DNA from: Callorhinchus milii
Lineage: Eukaryota
DNA: 64,000 bases
Assembly (NCBI RefSeq): GCF_018977255.1
Contig: NW_024704742.1
Span: 13,642,001 to 13,706,000, forward strand
Direction of reading: 5' to 3'
Shown: piece by piece, positions 63,118-64,000 of the stretch
How the letters are laid out: the number at the start of each line of letters is the position of its first letter
Position numbering within the stretch: position 1 is the first letter of the stretch
The notes under the pieces: generated by a model
The model's database searches: none
What the model was told of the DNA's origin: nothing
The model's input: the letters and a program-made list of their open reading frames with translations, nothing else
Made by a program: the position numbers and the translations under genes

Positions 63118-64000
63118 TCCTGCTATCTCCACATACTAAAGCTGCACTGGATAGAGTGGTCCTAGTTTGACAAGCAGTGGGAACCTTCCCAGACCGCGTT
63201 CTCAATGGCAGGCTATGCAGATTTATTTTGTTAAACTCCAGGAATACTCCAACTCACCCACTGAGGTCTTGCCGACCTTTCCCTAATGCTCTCCTGAATT
63301 AGAAAAATAGGGTGCATTTAATTCAAAAACAACAACAACTTGCATTGTTTTAAATGGGAATTTCTATACATATGACAAACTCTCAATCCAGTTTGGATAT
63401 TTTGGATATTCTTAAGCATGGGCTTCCTCCTGCATCAAATACCCGCTGATAAAACAAAGGTCTGAAGAAAATTCAGCTTTGACAATGTGTTTTTTAAGCC
63501 AATGTCTGGTAAAGCAGCATTGAATTACTGTTGCCTTGACCAGAGTTATATGGGAGGGCACATGGTCTTCACTCACTAAAATAATAACATTGATATTGAG
63601 TCTTCAACAGGTCGGTGCCAGGTGAAATCATTCACTCAAACTTGGGGGAGAGGAGTTTTCCATTCCAATATTGTTAATAAATTTAAGAAAATGTTTCAAG
63701 GACTTGCTTAGTCCACATTCCCCACCCCCCCTGCTATATCACGAACACACCACTGTCAGTCAGTGCTGAACCTCTCCAAAAGCACTGTACTCAACAAGTA
63801 CATAAGTGTCTGGAACATACTCACTTGAACAGAGAATGTTGGGTTCCCATGGCACCTTTCCATTAATGGTTTCCTGGGCAATTTCTAAAAGTGTTAGTAC
63901 TTGGAGGCATTTATTACCATACTAAAGTGCCTTCACTTAAGTCTAACCTGCACACGGAGCAAGTTAAAACCCTGGAGCGTTAAAGCACAAATGGGAATTC

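Overview
Repeat-rich vertebrate genomic DNA (intergenic or deep intronic) with no intact protein-coding gene, rRNA, true tRNA or CRISPR array. The repeat set is CR1 and L2 LINEs plus tRNA-derived SINEs with L2-type tails. It looks like a cartilaginous fish, probably a holocephalan (chimaera or elephant shark); this is recalled, not searched. Most long ORFs are LINE endonuclease/RT fragments or their antisense shadows. Points of interest: (1) a young 736-bp solo LTR (62382-63117) with TGTTAGAA...TTCTAACA ends, a TCCT target duplication and an internal 39-bp minisatellite, whose empty site survives in a paralogous copy at ~60.5 kb; (2) a fossil hAT (ZNF862-like) transposase C-terminus at 34.5-34.9 kb (-) that the ORF track misses; (3) a nest of four LINEs at 21.6-27.2 kb that reassembles into a CR1 running from the end of ORF1 to the 3' tail; (4) a well-conserved duplicated segment (47.4 and 57.0 kb) beside a possibly decayed coding region; (5) perfect or near-perfect hairpins and a CpG-rich promoter-like cassette. 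I found no convincing new multi-gene system. Repeat boundaries were read by eye and are approximate unless stated exactly.
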